Under the pieces are notes generated by a model. That model was not told the DNA's origin, did no database searches, and was given only the letters and a program-made list of their open reading frames with translations. DNA of 64,000 bases from assembly GCF_006345805.1 (NCBI RefSeq), contig NC_043000.1, forward strand, positions 155,806,001-155,870,000. The letters are read 5' to 3'. Below are positions 63,345-64,000 of the stretch, piece after piece; positions within the stretch are counted from its first letter, which is position 1, and every line of letters begins with the position of its first letter. Origin of the DNA: Octopus sinensis (lineage: Eukaryota). A program made the position numbers and the translations under genes.

Positions 63345-63454
63345 TTAATACACATAAATACAAAACAATACACTGGAACACTCTCCCTCACAGACAGTCA
63401 AATGTTTTTATGCAATGTTTTATAATCTGAATATAGAGAATTCTGATCTTCCAA

Positions 63455-64000
63455 ATGGCTATACATGGTTTCAAATCCTTTGCTCTGTTCATATTCAATC
63501 CCACCACCATTGCTACCCTTTATCACTGTATCTCCCCTATACCATCATCCCTCCATCACTCAACATCATCTCCAAATGAACCTATCCATATCCTGTATTC
63601 CCTATCAATACCACTAACCATTAATCTCTCTAACCCATAAGACTCTTCAATAGCATCTATCACTGTCAGTCTACATCTACAATTTCTGTTGCTATTCATC
63701 ATTTGCTCACTTTTAACCATAATTTTAACCCCCAAGCCAACTTTCCCACAGTTCCCCCACACTGCTTTCACAGCTTCTGCTATAACATGTAGCTATCACT
63801 GTCTCTCTACCATTACTCCCTCCCCACCATCCTCTCAGTCTTATCACTGTTTCTCCACTTCATGCTCATATTGTTTCTTCTTTCACCTTCGTGGACACCA
63901 CTCTCTCTTCTATTCACCCACTTTTGGTCATGTTTGGCTTGAAAGAACAGAGACAATACAGAGGAGAGAGAACTTCTTAGTCTTGCTGAGGTCATGGAAA
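63455..64000 (-). mobile_element. Degenerate RTE LINE fragment
   Basis: Purine-rich minus strand resembling the RTE C-terminal region (degenerate W..CGV, R.RW.G motifs). Confidence 0.55.

Overview
AT-rich, repeat-dense eukaryotic genomic DNA. The SINE/MITE content and microsatellites suggest an octopus (coleoid cephalopod); this is an inference, not a database match. One protein-coding gene is supported: the 3' part of VPS13B (COH1) on the minus strand. It has 10 coding exons from 61604 down to the stop at 22871, about 1043 aa, with GT-AG introns and consistent phases. The largest exon (55506-56788) is one base short and changes frame inside the conserved xQxDNQL motif at about 56091, which is either a consensus error or a real loss-of-function allele. 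The rest is introns and intergenic DNA filled with at least three tRNA-derived SINE families, an RTE-type (ATG)n-tailed repeat, and RTE, CR1, R4/Dong-like and L1/Tx1-like LINE fragments. Also present are two mariner remnants, a pogo/Tigger remnant, piggyBac, hAT and Tc1 MITEs, non-autonomous Helitrons, foldback elements and a Penelope-type hammerhead-like motif beside a perfect 86-bp palindrome. There are no real tRNA or rRNA genes and no CRISPR array. I found no convincing wholly new biological system. The best leads are the VPS13B frameshift, the inverted repeats bracketing its penultimate exon, and the hammerhead-like motif with its palindrome.
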